Shown here in pieces: positions 51,100-64,000 of a stretch of 64,000 nt of DNA (positions within the stretch are counted from its first letter, which is position 1; each line of letters begins with the position of its first letter). The stretch lies in contig NC_043017.1 of NCBI RefSeq assembly GCF_006345805.1, forward strand, positions 9,734,001-9,798,000, in the 5' to 3' direction. A program made the position numbers and the translations under genes. The stretch comes from Octopus sinensis (lineage: Eukaryota). The notes below the pieces were generated by a model. It did no database searches, was not told the origin of the DNA, and saw nothing but the letters and a program-made list of their open reading frames with translations.

Positions 51100-51725
51100 A
51101 GTTTCAAATTTTTGCATAAGGCCTACAAAGCAATAAGTTGATTACATCAACCCAGTACTCAACTAGTACTTTATTTTATGGACCTTGAAAGGATGAAAGT
51201 TAAAGTGAGTTCTGGTAGCATTTGAACTCGGGACATAAACTGCCAAAAGAAATGCAGCTAAACATTTGATCTAACATGCTAATGATTCTACCAACTTGCC
51301 ACCTTTATGATAATAATAATAATAATAATCCTTTCTACTCTAGGCACAAGGCCTTAAATGTTGTGGGAGTTGGGGGTTAATTGATTATATCGACTCCGAA
51401 AGGATGAAGGGCAAAGTCGACCTTGGCGGAATTTGAACTCGGAACGTAGCGACTGACGAAATACCACTGAGCACCTTGTTCAGCATGATAACAATTCTGC
51501 CAGCTCGCTACCTTTAATAGTTTCACATTTTGGGGGGAGGAAATGAGTTGATTACATCGACCCCCAGTATGCAACTGCTACTTAATTTATCGACCCCCGA
51601 AAGGATGAAAGGCAAAGTCAACCTCGGTGGAATTTGAACTCAGAACGTAGCGATTGGCGAAATGTCACTAAGCATTTTGTCCAGCATGCTAACGAACATT
51701 CTGAGCTTAAATGCTAACGATTCTG
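51100..51725 (-). mobile_element. Three SINE family B copies in the last MVB12 intron
   Basis: Minus-strand cores at about 51180, 51400 and 51600. Confidence 0.78.
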
Positions 51726-51769
51726 CCAGTTTACTTATTATCTTGATGATGATGATGATGAGCTTAATG

Positions 51770-51802
<33 letters not shown>

Positions 51803-51841
51803 GTAATAATAATAATACAATATCTCTGTTTTCTTTTTCAG

Positions 51842-51904
51842 TATGAATACTCATTTTGGTTGGAGAAATCCATCTTGTCGGCATATTCTTCAAACGTCAG
51901 TTAA
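51842..51904 (+). CDS. MVB12: MVB12 terminal coding exon (YEYSFWLEKSILSAYSSNVS*)
   Basis: ttctttttcag acceptor; YEYSF..E.S is the conserved UMA end; TAA at 51902-51904. Confidence 0.92.
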   Translation, partial: YEYSFWLEKSILSAYSSNVS

Positions 51905-52274
51905 CAACCTCCACCCTAGCAACTACCGCTACTGCTACTTCTTCTACGATGACAACAACTACAACAGCAACCATTGCTTGCTAGTACTACTACTACCACC
52001 ACCATCACTAATATTACTACTAACTACAGCTGCTACATGCTACATATTGCTGCAGCTGTACCTGAAACAGTACTGTTCCTATAGCCTCTCAGTCATACTT
52101 TAGTACAACTACTACTACTACTACACACTATTAGTACTACTACTACTACACCACTTCAATACTACCACCACCATTACTACAACCTGTACAAAGAACTACC
52201 ATACTCTACTACTATTACTATTACTACTACAGGTTCTTTAGGTCATAATTTATTTTTGTTATTTAATTTTACCC

Positions 52275-52385
52275 GTGTCTCCACCCCAGGACAACAATGT
52301 CTACCCTAGTCCAACAGGGTGTCTACCCCAGGACATCAGTATATCCACCCCAGTGTATCAGTGCATCGACTCCAGTATTGTAGAG
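52275..52385. repeat. Degenerate ~21-bp minisatellite (GTGTCTACCCCAGGACATCA) downstream of the MVB12 stop
   Basis: About 5 units. Confidence 0.6.
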
Positions 52386-53088
52386 TGTCTTAGAGTATCT
52401 TCTTGGTTAGGGAGACACCATTCTAATTTACTACAACCATTGAGGAAGAAATAACAGTCAAATAGCCCTCAGATCACACCCTGCCAACTTGATAGGAAAA
52501 AGGACACGTTAGACCATGTCGTTCAGGAAAATATATCTGAGAAAATAATCAAAAACAAAATGAATGTGGATGATCACATCTGGAACGATTTTGGTTTGGT
52601 CTCACTCAACAGTGTATTGTCTTTGAAAAAAAGGGACCATTTCAGGTAATAAAGACACTTCTCTGTCGTTTCTCTTCTTTGTTCAGTGTAACAGCTAAAG
52701 CTCCCAAAATTTAAACCCGAAAGCAAACAGAGAGAGGTTGGCTGGCACAGGCACCTTGGCTCAAATTCTTCAAATCATCAGGAATTGATAGGATATTATC
52801 TGTTTCTTTGGATAATCTGAGCTTGCTCGTGTCATTCAAAAAAAAAAGATGCGAAAAGGAAAATAAAAATTGTGAGATATTTCTTCCTTTCTTGGAGACT
52901 TAACTGAACAAAATCTTTTGAATACTAAGTTCATATTGTTACCTCTGTTTTATAAGGTACACCTGTTCCCTACACAGCAACACACACACACACACACCTC
53001 TCACATACATCTCTTTCTCTCTTGAAAACCCATGTTCTACTGCACAATTGTATGACCACCCCAAGTGTTCTGCCACAGAACATCTTAA

Positions 53089-53312
53089 CCATTTAGCATT
53101 CAGATTTCTCTGTCGAATGTAATGCTTATTTAGCCACAATGTTTTCAGTTAATCGTGCATTATCTCGTAGCTTTGAGATTTCGATGATGTGATCATTTTA
53201 TTCTTAGAATGACATTGTGGGATAGGTGTGAAAGGTCAGATCTGGCCCAAATTTAAGCATAAAACAGAATATTTGTTGCCAGATATGGCCACATATCTGA
53301 AATGCTGACAGG
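53089..53312. mobile_element. piggyBac-type MITE family 2
   Basis: TTAA|CCATTTAGCATTCAG...CTGAAATGCTGACAGG|TTAA; internal similarity to the 57638 copy. Confidence 0.7.
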
Positions 53313-53503
53313 TTAAATGCATTGAAACATGGGACTACGTGGATAAAATGTGCAGACCCCTTTCTCATTACACACACATAGAAGTTGTTTGAATTGAGTA
53401 AAACATGTTGTTTAGCCCCAAGTCTGTCTGATCAACACAGATTTGTGTTCAGAAACCTTGTACTTGTGACTATCTCATCTACAACCACATTGTTCGTGTT
53501 TTC

Positions 53504-53540
<37 letters not shown>

Positions 53541-54044
53541 AAGATGCAATTTGTGGGAGATTTGACTGTCATTTCTTGCAAACTGAGCTATCACATAAAA
53601 GCTCTCATTTAGCCTCTTTCAGAAAATATAGAATTAGGGGTTTATTAGGTAGGGGTCTGAACATTAAACCTTAACCCTGTAAATTTCTTTTTATAAATCT
53701 CTGTTTTTCCCTCTGCTACTCCTGCTGTTAAGTCCTAGGTTAGCCATTATCCAACAGAATTAAAAAGCTTTCCATCTGTGGTCATCTTTTTCCTATTTCT
53801 TTATTGTGATTCAAACATAGGAAATTCCTAGACCCATATTAGATCTAATGTGTACTTTTCTTTTTTCAAAAACATTGGAGTGTGATTTGAAGGGGTTGGC
53901 TGTCTGGTTAGGAAATTTGCTTAGCATGGCTTGGAGTTCAGTCTCACTGGTGGACACCTTGGGCAATGTCTTCAACTGTAGCCCTGAACCAGCCAAATCC
54001 TTGTGAGTCGGTTGGGGAGAATGGAAACTGAAAGTAGATTTGAT

Positions 54045-54081
<37 letters not shown>

Positions 54082-54099
54082 CATTTAATCCATAATTGT

Positions 54100-54481
54100 T
54101 ACTCTTGTTTCAGTCATTTGACTGCGGCCATGCTGGAGCACCACCTTTAATTGAGCAACTCAACCCCGAGACTTATACTTTGTAAGCCCAGTACTTATTC
54201 TATCGGTCATTTTGCCAAACCGCTAAGTGACGGGGACATAAATACACAAGCATCAGTTGTCAAGCAATACTAGGGGGACAAACACACACACAAACACACA
54301 CGCACATATACATATATACGACGGGCTTCTTTCAGTTTCCGTCTACCAAATCCACTCACAAGGCTTTGGTCGGCCCGAGGCTATAGTAGAAGACACTTGC
54401 CCATGGTGCCACGCAGTGGGACTGAACCCGGAACCATGTGGTTGGTAAGCAAGCTACTTACCACACAGCCACTCCTGCGCC
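54100..54481 (-). mobile_element. SINE family A, full length
   Basis: Near identical to 18035-18429. Confidence 0.85.
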
Positions 54482-55886
54482 TGTTAGTCTGATGAAATGT
54501 TATTTCACCTCTAGCTCTTTGGGAACAAAATATATTTTGTCAGACCATCGATTATGAATTAAATGCTTATTCAATGCATTATGCTAAGTGGCTGGACATA
54601 GCTTTATTGAACTTGTTCTCACTTCTTGTAATGTGTGTTGTATGTATGTGTGTGTATGTCCTTGTCTTGTTGTGTGATAGTTGTAAACAAGTGTCACCCA
54701 ATATCATAGAAGCAGTGTTTTTCATTTCCAGAAAACATTGTCAGGCCGTGGGGAAATATTCCCTTTGTTGGAAACATACAGGTGAAGGTTGGTGACTGGA
54801 AGAGCATCCAGCAATTAAAAGTCTGCTTCAATGAATTCACCTGAGACAAGCCTGCAAAAGGTAGACATTAAAACAATTATAACGAAGATTCTAGCTGGCC
54901 CAGCCTCTGTAAAGGGAAACCCCTATTGGCTGCTCCTCTCCTGCTACTAACATTATGGCACGTGGCTGAATGATTAGGGTATTGGTTCACAGTCATGAGT
55001 TTGATACCTGACAGTGCATTGCAGCCTTGAGCAAGACACTTCATTTCACGTAGCTCCAGTCTACTCAGCTGGCGAAAATGAGTAGTAGCTGTAATTGAAA
55101 AGGGACAGCCCTGTCACACTCTGTGAAGTACTCAGCCACTTGCATGTTAACTTCATAAGCAGGTTGTTCTGTCGACCAAACCAACTGGAACCCTCGTCAT
55201 CGTAACCGATGGAGTGCTGCTAGTTTTAGCATTATGGTGTTGATATTTGCAAGTTTCTCAGAATTATCCGAATTCTCAAGAACTGAGCAATATTCCCCTT
55301 CTTGAATAGGATAACAACATACTGCAAGGTCTTCTTTTTTCCTTTTCCTTTTTCTCTCCCACCCATAGCAATTGGGCTGAGGGGGCAGAGCCACAACTGC
55401 AAACCAACAAATAAAACTTATATTTATATTCTTCTCGCAACAACAGATGGAAGTTCTCTGTAGAATAAGGATATGCATATAGAATCACACAATGCTGCTC
55501 TTCTTGATGGTGGTAATAGTAGTAGTAGTACTTCCGGTTACCCCTGGAAACTTGCTGAGGCTATTTTTGTTGTTTATTTAATTTATTTTTTTGTGTCCTG
55601 TAAGACCAATCCTTAATATAATGATGGTAATTATTTGCTCTACATTAGGCTCATGGTAGGATTTTGAGTTGGTCTAAAAGACCTATGATCAAAAGTGTTC
55701 CAGCCATGGCCATCCTGTCATTCTTTTTTTTTTTTTTTTTTTCCCCTGACATTGTATATATAGGGCTAACATTATTTGTGTCCATTTAAAAAAAAAAACA
55801 TAGTAGTATGTATATTCTGAGCAAGACTTGGCTGCTGTTTTTAGCAAGTTGAATAACCATGTAAAAACTCTCTCTTTCTCTGTCTG

Positions 55887-55930
<44 letters not shown>

Positions 55931-55972
55931 GTTCTAAAGATTCCTCCCTCATCGGTTCATAACAATGCGAGT

Positions 55973-56080
55973 TGATTGGACAATATCCACAAGCTACTGT
56001 CCAATCAAATGATGGTCACATTACACAGTTTGTCCAATCAAATGATGCCATTACTCGGATACTCTGAGTGGAGTTATAAA
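55973..56080 (+). promoter_or_regulatory. Candidate promoter module: three CCAAT boxes plus TATAAA
   Basis: TGATTGG 55973-55979, CCAATCA at 56001 and 56034 (33 bp apart), TATAAA 56075-56080. Confidence 0.3.
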
Positions 56081-56156
56081 TATTCCACCACCTACCTTCT
56101 CTTCTCTCCTCCTCCCCCTCTCTCACACATTGATTTTATGCTGAGGCTATCACGTT

Positions 56157-56550
56157 TATCTTTTACTTGTTTCAGTCATTGGAACGCGACCATGCTGGGG
56201 CACTACCTTCAAAGGTTTTAGTCAAACAAATTGACCTCAGGACTTAGGTATTTTTTTTTTTACAAAAAAAAAAAAAAAAAAAAACTGGTAGTTATTCTGT
56301 TGGTCTCTTTTTGCTGAACTGCTAAGTTACAGTGAAGTACACAAAGCTGACATTTGTTGTCATGCTGTGAGTGGAGGACAAACCCAAAAGACCCATCCAT
56401 ACACATATGTATATACACTATATATATGACAGGCTTCCACACAGTTTCTGTCTACCAAATTCACTCAAGGCATTGATCAACCCAAGGTTCTGTCGGCTGG
56501 GACTGAACCCCAAACCATTTGGTTGCAAAGCAAGCTTCTTAACTACACAG
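56157..56550 (-). mobile_element. SINE family A (diverged)
   Basis: Family A tail and head motifs. Confidence 0.7.
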
Positions 56551-57637
56551 CTATACTAGCATCTATAATTAAAAAAAAAAAAAAAAAAAAAAAAACAATG
56601 ACTTTGCAGGTTGCTTCGATGCCATAATGCCAAGCAGTGGAATGGTTTGAGAGACTTCAACAACACCAGCTCCACGCTGCTTGTCTTGAATGTCAGGACC
56701 ATAGGCTTTTGAGTCTTAAATTGTGGAACCATCAAAGCCTCTGTTCCAAGATTGAACCCCTTAAGGTCCCCTCCAGTAAGCTAACGATGCCTAATTTGCA
56801 GTCACCAATAAAACAAAAAAATATTTCAAATATTTCATCAAATTCTTGATGAAAATGTGATACACTTAGTGCCAAAAAGAAAAAAAACCCTCTACTAATT
56901 ATACTCTAGTCTATGGCTGCTCCAGCTTGTCCCACCTGCCTCTCTCCTTGACAAACTAAATCATTTTAACTACTTGATAAGCAGTTGCTAATCGAAATAA
57001 ATGGTAAAATTTCCTGGTGGTATCAGACCCCTTTTTTCTGCTTGACCCACTAAATACATGTGCCACAAGGGTCAACCTGGTTTGCTAGTTTCACCAGACA
57101 GTAAATCCCTCACTCCATTGTCTCGGTAGATTAATGTTGCAGTATTTTAAGGACCTGAACTTCTTTCTTCCCCTTAAACCTCTTTCACACACTCACGCAT
57201 GTATAGATTCCTAGCGCATGAGATCCCAGATGTTGCTACTCAAAAAGTTTCTTCCCCTGTCTCTATGTGTTCAGAGTGAATCACCAACTTTGAAAGAATA
57301 ACCCCTACTATGTGTAAAGTATTTATTTGCCCATTTCTAATATATTTGTGTATATATATATATATATAGACTTGGTGCATAAAAGCATTCTTATTCATAT
57401 TGTTAATTGTTTTACCTGCTGGAACTGTTTAGTGACAGACATCCAGTTTCATCACAACAGCTGGAACTCCCATCAATGATATAGAGAATATCAGTGTCTA
57501 TATATATATATGTATACACCAAGTAAGTTAGGGGTTGTGGATCCAACCCACTAAGGAATAATACTTATCCAATATACTGTTGGTATAATACCCAAGTGTT
57601 TTTAATTGCAATGCAATAAACTTACTTATTGTATTAA

Positions 57638-57858
57638 CCCTTTAGCATTCAGATTAATTTGGCAAAAATAATCCTTATTTATTCACATTAAAAAAAAGTT
57701 TATCTGATATTATTTTGTAACTTCAAGATAGGAAAGATATAATTGCTTATTTTTAGAATGACATTGCAGGGTAGGTGTGAGATGCTGGTTCTGGCCAGTT
57801 TGAGCATAAAATGTGTAGAATATTTGGGCCAGATACAGCCGGTTTAAACACTAAAGGG
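57638..57858. mobile_element. piggyBac-type MITE family 2
   Basis: TTAA|CCCTTTAGCATT...AACACTAAAGGG|TTAA. Confidence 0.75.
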
Positions 57859-59072
57859 TTAAATGGGTGAAGGTAAAGAAATATTTTACCATTAATTTAT
57901 ATTACAAATAAGAAAATGGAGAAACAATTTAGTTGGTTCATCGGCTTTCAGATATTAGGATGTTGACTTATTTATTCATTTAACAAAAACAAGAACCCTT
58001 AATAACCTTAAACTTCCTTTAAAACTAATAGCCTCGGTTTTTATGTATATATATCAGTCAAAGCTGATGATTCACTCAATAACTTGCAATCATGGTGAGA
58101 AATTTCAAGTGGCAACAATGTGACTCACTGTTTTCCAAAAATTGAATATAACTAACGTATTGAGTCCATTTTCTCCTCTGTGTGTACATCCGAATACAGT
58201 GTGAAAGAGATAGGAGAGGAGAGATGTCACTCCTTCCTGGAGAGTGTGATAATCCATTTCAAGGCTGGTTCACACACAGCTTCAGTCAGCCTACCTTAAA
58301 TTTAATTTCTGTTTCTATAGTAACGTGTGGGTGAAAGCACATTCTTGATATCCAATAACAAACAGTTGTTTTCTTTTTTTTTTTTTTTTCTTTTACTTTG
58401 TAAATTTTAGACCTTTGAAGACTAAAAACAGAAAATATTTAAAAAGGAAAAAAAAAACAAACAAAAATTAAATGACTATAATTTCCAGCACCCACTCACC
58501 TTAACTCTTTCTTCTGATCTTCAAAAAACATTTTTTTTAATAAGAATAACTGATGGCTATATATATATATATAAAAAAAAATGAAGTAATTGAAAAAGAC
58601 TGTAAAATGACAAAAAAAAACCTGTTTTAGACTGTGAAAAAACCCCAAAAACAAAGACCTTCTTTCATGGAAACGCTGTTTTTAAGGAGAGTTGATTTTT
58701 CCCCAGCCACCACCACCACCTTTATTTTTGTTTTAATTATTTTGTAATTTACTTTAATAATTAATTATTACTTTTATGACTGTTCAATTATTTTAATTAA
58801 CACGGACAGTGAAAGTCTATTTAATGCAAAAAAGAAACAACAAAAGATTCCCCGACCCCCCCAAACAAATTTCAACCCTTATTTAAATTGCTGTTTATTT
58901 TCGTTCTTATTTTGTTAGAAGCTGTGAAAGACCAAGGAAAGAAAAAAAAATATTTGTAACTGTTGGCTGCAATTTTTATTAAATTTACTTTTCATTTGTA
59001 ATTTTTTTTTCTCTCTCTTTTCAATTTATTGTATATAGGTATGAGCTCGGATCAAAAAGTATTATGGTAACA

Positions 59073-59122
59073 GATTCCTGGCATTCACCCAGGCGGCCCG
59101 GGTTCGATTCCCGGCATGGGAA
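59073..59122 (+). pseudogene. 5'-truncated tRNA-Glu(TTC) fragment (anticodon arm, T arm, 3' acceptor strand)
   Basis: GATTCCTGG-CATTCAC-CCAGG-CGGCCCGGGTTCGATTCCCGGCATGGGAA. The 5' acceptor strand and D-loop are absent upstream, and U33 is replaced by A. Confidence 0.85.
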
Positions 59123-59134
59123 CACATGTTTATA

Positions 59135-59465
59135 GGCGCAGGAGTGGCTGTGTGGTAAGTAGCTTGTTTACCAACCACATGGTTCCGGGTTCAGCCCCAC
59201 TGCGTGGCACCTTGTGCAAGTGTCTTCTACTATAGCCTCGGGCCGACCAAAGCCTTGTGAGTGGATTTGGTAGACGGAAACTGAAAGAAGCCCGTCGTAT
59301 ATATATATATATATGTGTGTGTGTGTTTATGTCCCTGTTACTTAGCGGTTCGGCAAAAGAGACCGATAGAATAAGTACTGGGCTTACAAAAGAATAAGTC
59401 CCAGGGTGGTGGTGCTCCAGCATGGCCGCAGTCAAATGACTGAAACAAGTAAAAAAGTAAAGAGC
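59135..59465 (+). mobile_element. SINE family A with internal deletion
   Basis: Head intact; lacks the segment after the TA/TG tract. Confidence 0.85.
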
Positions 59466-60402
59466 CAAAGCATGCAGAGCAAAGGCCACAGATTGAGCTT
59501 GAACTCTGTCCTGCATGCACACCAAGGTATAATGTTCTTGCTCCCTTCTGCTGATCATATCAGTGCTTAGAAGTAAAGTAGTGTGTGGTGAGTGGTCACT
59601 TCAGCTGCCCAGGATCTCCCTGATTGGGTTCCTATGGCTATCCTGAAACCAAGGTTCATTCTTTGCTTTGGAAGATCCCAACGATTTCAAGATGCCAGCA
59701 GCATGTACAAAGCAGCATCCATACATGGTCAATACCAGTGCTGGCCGGACTGGCTCCCATGCCAGTGGCATGTAAAAAGCACTCAGTACACTCTCGGAGT
59801 GGTTGGCGTTAGGAAGGGCATCCAGCTGTAAAAACCCTACCAGATCAGATTGGGGCCTGGTGCAGCCTCCTGGCTTGCCAGTCCCCAGTCAAACCGTCCA
59901 ACCCATGCCAGCATGGAAAGCAGACATTAAATGATGATGATGAGATCTACGAGAATGCAACGAGGCAGCTGCTCACTACACCAAAAGGAGGATTCCAGAA
60001 TGCTTCCATCTCTGGAATAATTGTGACAGATTGAAAGGAGATTAAATGCTGAATTGATGTGTTGTAGTTTTCTTTTTCTATAGCACCAGTCTTGATACTT
60101 TTTGATCTGACCTCTTACTCGTTTAAGTTTGTGTATATATGTCTTTACTTTACAGCCAGGTGCGCTTAAGTTTTTATACCACCAACCTTGGTTCAGTTGA
60201 TTACATGACTATTTGCTTTACATACTTTCAATACACAAGAGGACTAAGAGCACTTTTTCCTGCCATAAAATTAAACAATCTAAGGGTGGTGAGCTGGCAG
60301 AACCATTAGCACGCCGTTAAATTCTATTTGGCCAGTCTCACAACTAAAATAAAAGAGAAGAGTTAAAGACAAAGATTGAAAATAACAAAAAGCTGGAAAT
60401 TT

Positions 60403-60408
60403 GTTTAT
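60403..60408 (-). terminator. Probable SNRPE polyadenylation signal (AATAAA), giving a 3'UTR of about 330 nt
   Basis: tttatt on + is AATAAA on -; followed on - by a U/GU-rich tract. Confidence 0.55.
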
Positions 60409-60717
60409 TTTATGAATTGAAGGTGAAAATAAAATGGAATAAATTTGTGAAATGTAATATTTATAAAATGACTGTCACTCTTCCACACACACCTACAATG
60501 GAGTTTCTAGAAATAAAACAAGAAATGGTCACAGAGCTGCTACCATCCACACACACAGTCGAGGAGTCCTTTATAAATTATGACCAAGGACAATGCATCC
60601 TGGTGACACTGGGGCATAATTATAGGCGAGTCCATTTATATTGTACAAGTTTGATCACTGCAAATTCTGTTTGGCATTTTACAGGGATGCAAGTGGGGGA
60701 GAGGAGGGGAATCCTCT

Positions 60718-60776
60718 TCATTTTTGATCCACCTGTTGTAGTAATGTAATGTTTTCACCTTTCAGCAGTATGCGAC
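60718..60776 (-). CDS. SNRPE: SmE terminal coding exon (GRILLKGENITLLQQVDQK*)
   Basis: Long pyrimidine tract and ttttcag acceptor; phase 1 joins the previous exon. Sm2 motif GRI-LKG-NITL; TGA at 60718-60720. Confidence 0.95.
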
Positions 60777-61029
60777 CTGAAAAGTAAAGGAAAATATAAA
60801 ACAGCAAGGAAGGTAAGGGAGAAGAAATACAGACAAATAGAAAAGAAAAAAGTGACAGGTTCAGATAGCTTTGGTTGTTTTGGATACCATTAGCTCAGAT
60901 TCAAAGTCCTAAACTAGTCATGGGGCCCCTTTCAGAAGGGCTTCCAAATAGGCCCTTTGTAATACCAAGGAACTTTTCAGCACCCTGCCCCCTCATACAC
61001 ACATGCATGATATGGCAATTGACAGTTTT

Positions 61030-61155
61030 GGTACTAGAGCAATACCCCACTTTACGAAACCCTGGGTTTACAAGTTATATGAATTTTATTTTCTGTTCAC
61101 AAGTTCTCGCTTTACGAGCGTTCTCTGGGAATGAATTAACTTGTTTGTTTAGGCA
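61030..61155. mobile_element. Tigger/pogo-like MITE remnant
   Basis: caataccccactttacgaa ... ctttacgagcgttctctgggaatgaattaacttg resembles Tigger subterminal motifs. Confidence 0.4.
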
Positions 61156-61519
61156 TTGCTATATTTCAGAGAAGACAGAATAAAATGGAATTGAAACACT
61201 TTTATATTTGTCAAGTCTGTAACTATTTCATTATAAACCACAACACTTGTGGTTTACAAAATGAATACAGGCTTGGAGAAATGTTAACACTTCCCCACTT
61301 GAAACTGTACCAAAATCCTATCACAGCTGTTGAAATCACTCTATTATTATTATTATTATTATAAGAAGCAGAGCTTGTTTCAAATTTAAACATCAGTGAG
61401 ATTAAAACAGACAGAATAGTGAGACAGAGTTGCTGGTGTTATGAAGTAAAACAACAATACACAGTGGTGCCACCAAAATTTCTGCTACATTTAACAGGGC
61501 TTAAGAACAGACAGTTCCT

Positions 61520-61900
61520 AGGCAATCCTCTTGGTCAGTTCTGGAGGACATTTAGGCTGGGAACCATGGATAATTTCTAAAAATCCTTGGAAATGCTGTC
61601 GGCTGGGCCAGCCTGAGATGTGTGCACTCAGTGTGGATAGAATTCTGCCATATAGAAGTACAGATAATACTGTGCCATACAGAGTTATACAGACAAAACC
61701 ATGCAGAGGAACCGTTCCATTGTGTAAGTGGTAAGTCAATGGATCTCTGTCAATATCACTGATTGTTGTTCATTTGTTTGACCAATTGGATTAACATGCA
61801 AAGGGATGAGTATTCTACGGGCACATGCACTTTTAATATAATCATGAGGCAAAATCCTCAACAGTGTGCGTAACTAGGTTGAACCTTTGAGTCATGGGTA
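61520..61900 (-). mobile_element. Old RTE-like RT fragment in the last SNRPE intron
   Basis: LYGTVLSVLLYGRILSTL resembles the RTE 'YKAVVLSTLLYGSETWTL' motif; otherwise decayed. Confidence 0.45.
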
Positions 61901-62689
61901 CAATCCACCCAACTGGCCTCTCTGCACAGCAGACACTGGAGCTATGTGCTGCCCCTTGATTAACCGGACCCCGTTAAACTGTCCAACCCATGCCAGCAAG
62001 GAAAACAAACGTTAAATGATGATGGGATATAACACTGAGTAGAAAGTGTGCTAGGTTTACGATTAGTATGTTGAGGGCTTGAACAAAGGGCACACAGTAG
62101 CCTTCAGCAAAGCACATCATTCTAAGTTGCTTCAAGTCCGTCATCATCATTTGGACATCTGCTTTTACCATGTTTGCATGGGCTGGAAGGATTTTACTGG
62201 GGGAGATTTTCTACAGCCGGATGCCCTTCCTGTCACCAATCTTTACCCATTTCCAAGGGAGGTAAGCTAAAGTCAAGAACTAGCAGCAGATGAGAATGGG
62301 GTCAACTCTGTCACGAGCTGGGAATCTTATACTTCCAATTACATAAATGCCACAGAAACCCAGATAAGCTCTGACCCAACAGGATTGTCTCAAATCATAA
62401 ACATTTTTTTTTTAATTCTTTACAATGTTAAATGTAATGCTTGTCTTTTTAACATTGTTCTGAATTAATCACGATTTATCTCATAGCTTCATGGTTTCAA
62501 TGATGTGATTCATCCTTTCTCAAAATGACATTGTAGGGTCGGTGAGAAAGGCTGGATCTGGTCAGTCTGGACAAAAACAGATAGAATATTTTGGCCAGAT
62601 GTGACTGGTTTAAATGCTAATGGCTAAAACTCCATAGGGTTGGTCTCCACAAATACAGAGGAAAGAAAAACTAAAACACAAACACCTAC

Positions 62690-62768
62690 CCAGCTGTTTT
62701 CTGGTTTTTGTCTTCATATAAACCTCTTCAGCATCATCCAAACAGAGATTCATGTATTCATCAAAACC
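62690..62768 (-). CDS. SNRPE: SmE penultimate coding exon ([26 protein letters not shown])
   Basis: Minus-strand aattgcag acceptor, G|gtaggt donor, 79 bp. [14 protein letters not shown] is the SmE Sm1 motif. Confidence 0.96.
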
Positions 62769-62907
62769 CTGCAATTTAAACAGACAACACGTTTAACAAT
62801 GTTATTAAAACACTCCAATTTCGCATCAGGCAGTTTATACAAGTTCAATTCAATTCTACAAAAGCTTGACACTGTTCCTCAGATTTGAGAAGGCATTCAT
62901 TAATACC

Positions 62908-63122
62908 TATTTCTTTATTACCCACAAGGGGCTAAACACAGAGGGGACAAACAAGGACAGACAAACGGATTAAGTCGATTACATCGACCCCAGTGCGTAA
63001 CTGGTACTTATTTAATCAACCCCGAAGGGATGAAAGGCAAAGTTGAACTCAGAACGTAGCGGCAGACGAAATACCGTCCAGTATTTCGCCTGGCGTGCTA
63101 ACAGTTCTGCCAGCTCATCGCC
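62908..63122 (-). mobile_element. SINE family B with about 12-bp TSD
   Basis: TTCATTAATACC at 62896-62907 and TTCATAAATACC at 63123-63134; further decayed copies at 63475-64000. Confidence 0.82.
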
Positions 63123-64000
63123 TTCATAAATACCATTGAGTTTTGTGTTTAACTGGGACTGAATTTTATTGTGAAGATGTGTAGCCGGTCATTAGGGGGT
63201 TGCATTCGCAGTCGTAAAACCATGGTTTCAATTCCTAGACTGGGTGGTATGCTGAGTAATTGAACAAAACACTTCATCCAACATTGCTTCAGGTTCACTC
63301 AGCAGTAAAATTGAGTTCCAGCAAAAGCTGGGAGGTTAACCCTGCAATGGATTGGTGTCTCGTTCAGGTGTGTATTTGAAAGTGGTGGGGGAGGATTTCA
63401 GCCACTTGCATGCCATGGAAATCGGATCAAACTCTGACCTTATGAATCATAGGGCTCCTATCAGACCTAAGCGAACTTTATTTTATCGACCCTCAAAAGG
63501 ATGAAGGGCAAAGCTAACCATGACAGGATTTCAACTTGGAGCACAAAAAACAGGAACAAATACCACAGGGTATTTATTGTCCCTTGCCCTAATGATTCTG
63601 CTAAACCACTGCCTTCAAGGGTCTGAATTAACAAGGGTTTCCAACTTCAACACAAGGACAGCAGTTTTGAGGAGGAGGGTTTAGTCGACAACATTGGCCC
63701 TAGTATTTGACTGATACTTTATTCAACCCCAGAGAAATGAATGGCAAAGTTGACCCCAAAGTGATCTGAACTCAGAATGTAAAGAACCAGAAGAAATTTC
63801 TACACGGCATTCTTTCTGACGCTCTAACAATTCTACCAGTTCACTGTCTGAAATAACAATAATAATAATAGTTTCAAATTTTGGACACTAACCCCAGTAC
63901 TTTACTCCTCTGTTTTACCAACCCTGAAAGGGTGGGTTGGGATTTGAACTCAGAACATAGAGATCTAGAAGAAATGCTTTGCAGTATTTCTTCCAGTTCA

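Noticed and set aside
55352-55410. Possible alternative terminal exon (acceptor at about 55361 followed by AATAAA)
   Set aside because: MVB12 already ends properly at 51904 and there is no peptide support.
56600-56775. Stop-free ~60-codon frames on both strands with partial splice signals
   Set aside because: No recognisable homology, and acceptor/donor do not bracket one open frame convincingly.
60777-62689. Intronic snoRNA in SNRPE
   Set aside because: No box C/D pair with a terminal stem or H/ACA fold could be identified by eye.

Overview
Eukaryotic, AT-rich, very repeat-dense DNA. The SINE families and microsatellite load point to an octopod cephalopod genome (inference). Two convergent spliced genes are supported. 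(1) MVB12 (ESCRT-I subunit, MABP + UMA domains), + strand: 9 hand-assembled coding exons at 34582-51904, 282 aa, all GT-AG with consistent phases. (2) The last two coding exons of SNRPE (SmE), - strand, at 62690-62768 and 60718-60776; its 5' exons lie beyond the window. Almost all other ORFs in the track are microsatellite or SINE translations. The rest is at least four SINE families, RTE LINE fragments, mariner/hAT/piggyBac-type MITEs, a Helentron-type HINE, Penelope-like pieces, a tRNA-Glu 3' fragment, microsatellites and several degenerate minisatellites. The best lead for something unusual is a set of minimal hammerhead-ribozyme-like folds with variant cores in Penelope-like repeats, the clearest at 29616-29657 (U3-A8 covariant core inside a long inverted repeat). 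None has been tested for activity. No prokaryotic genes or true CRISPR arrays were found.
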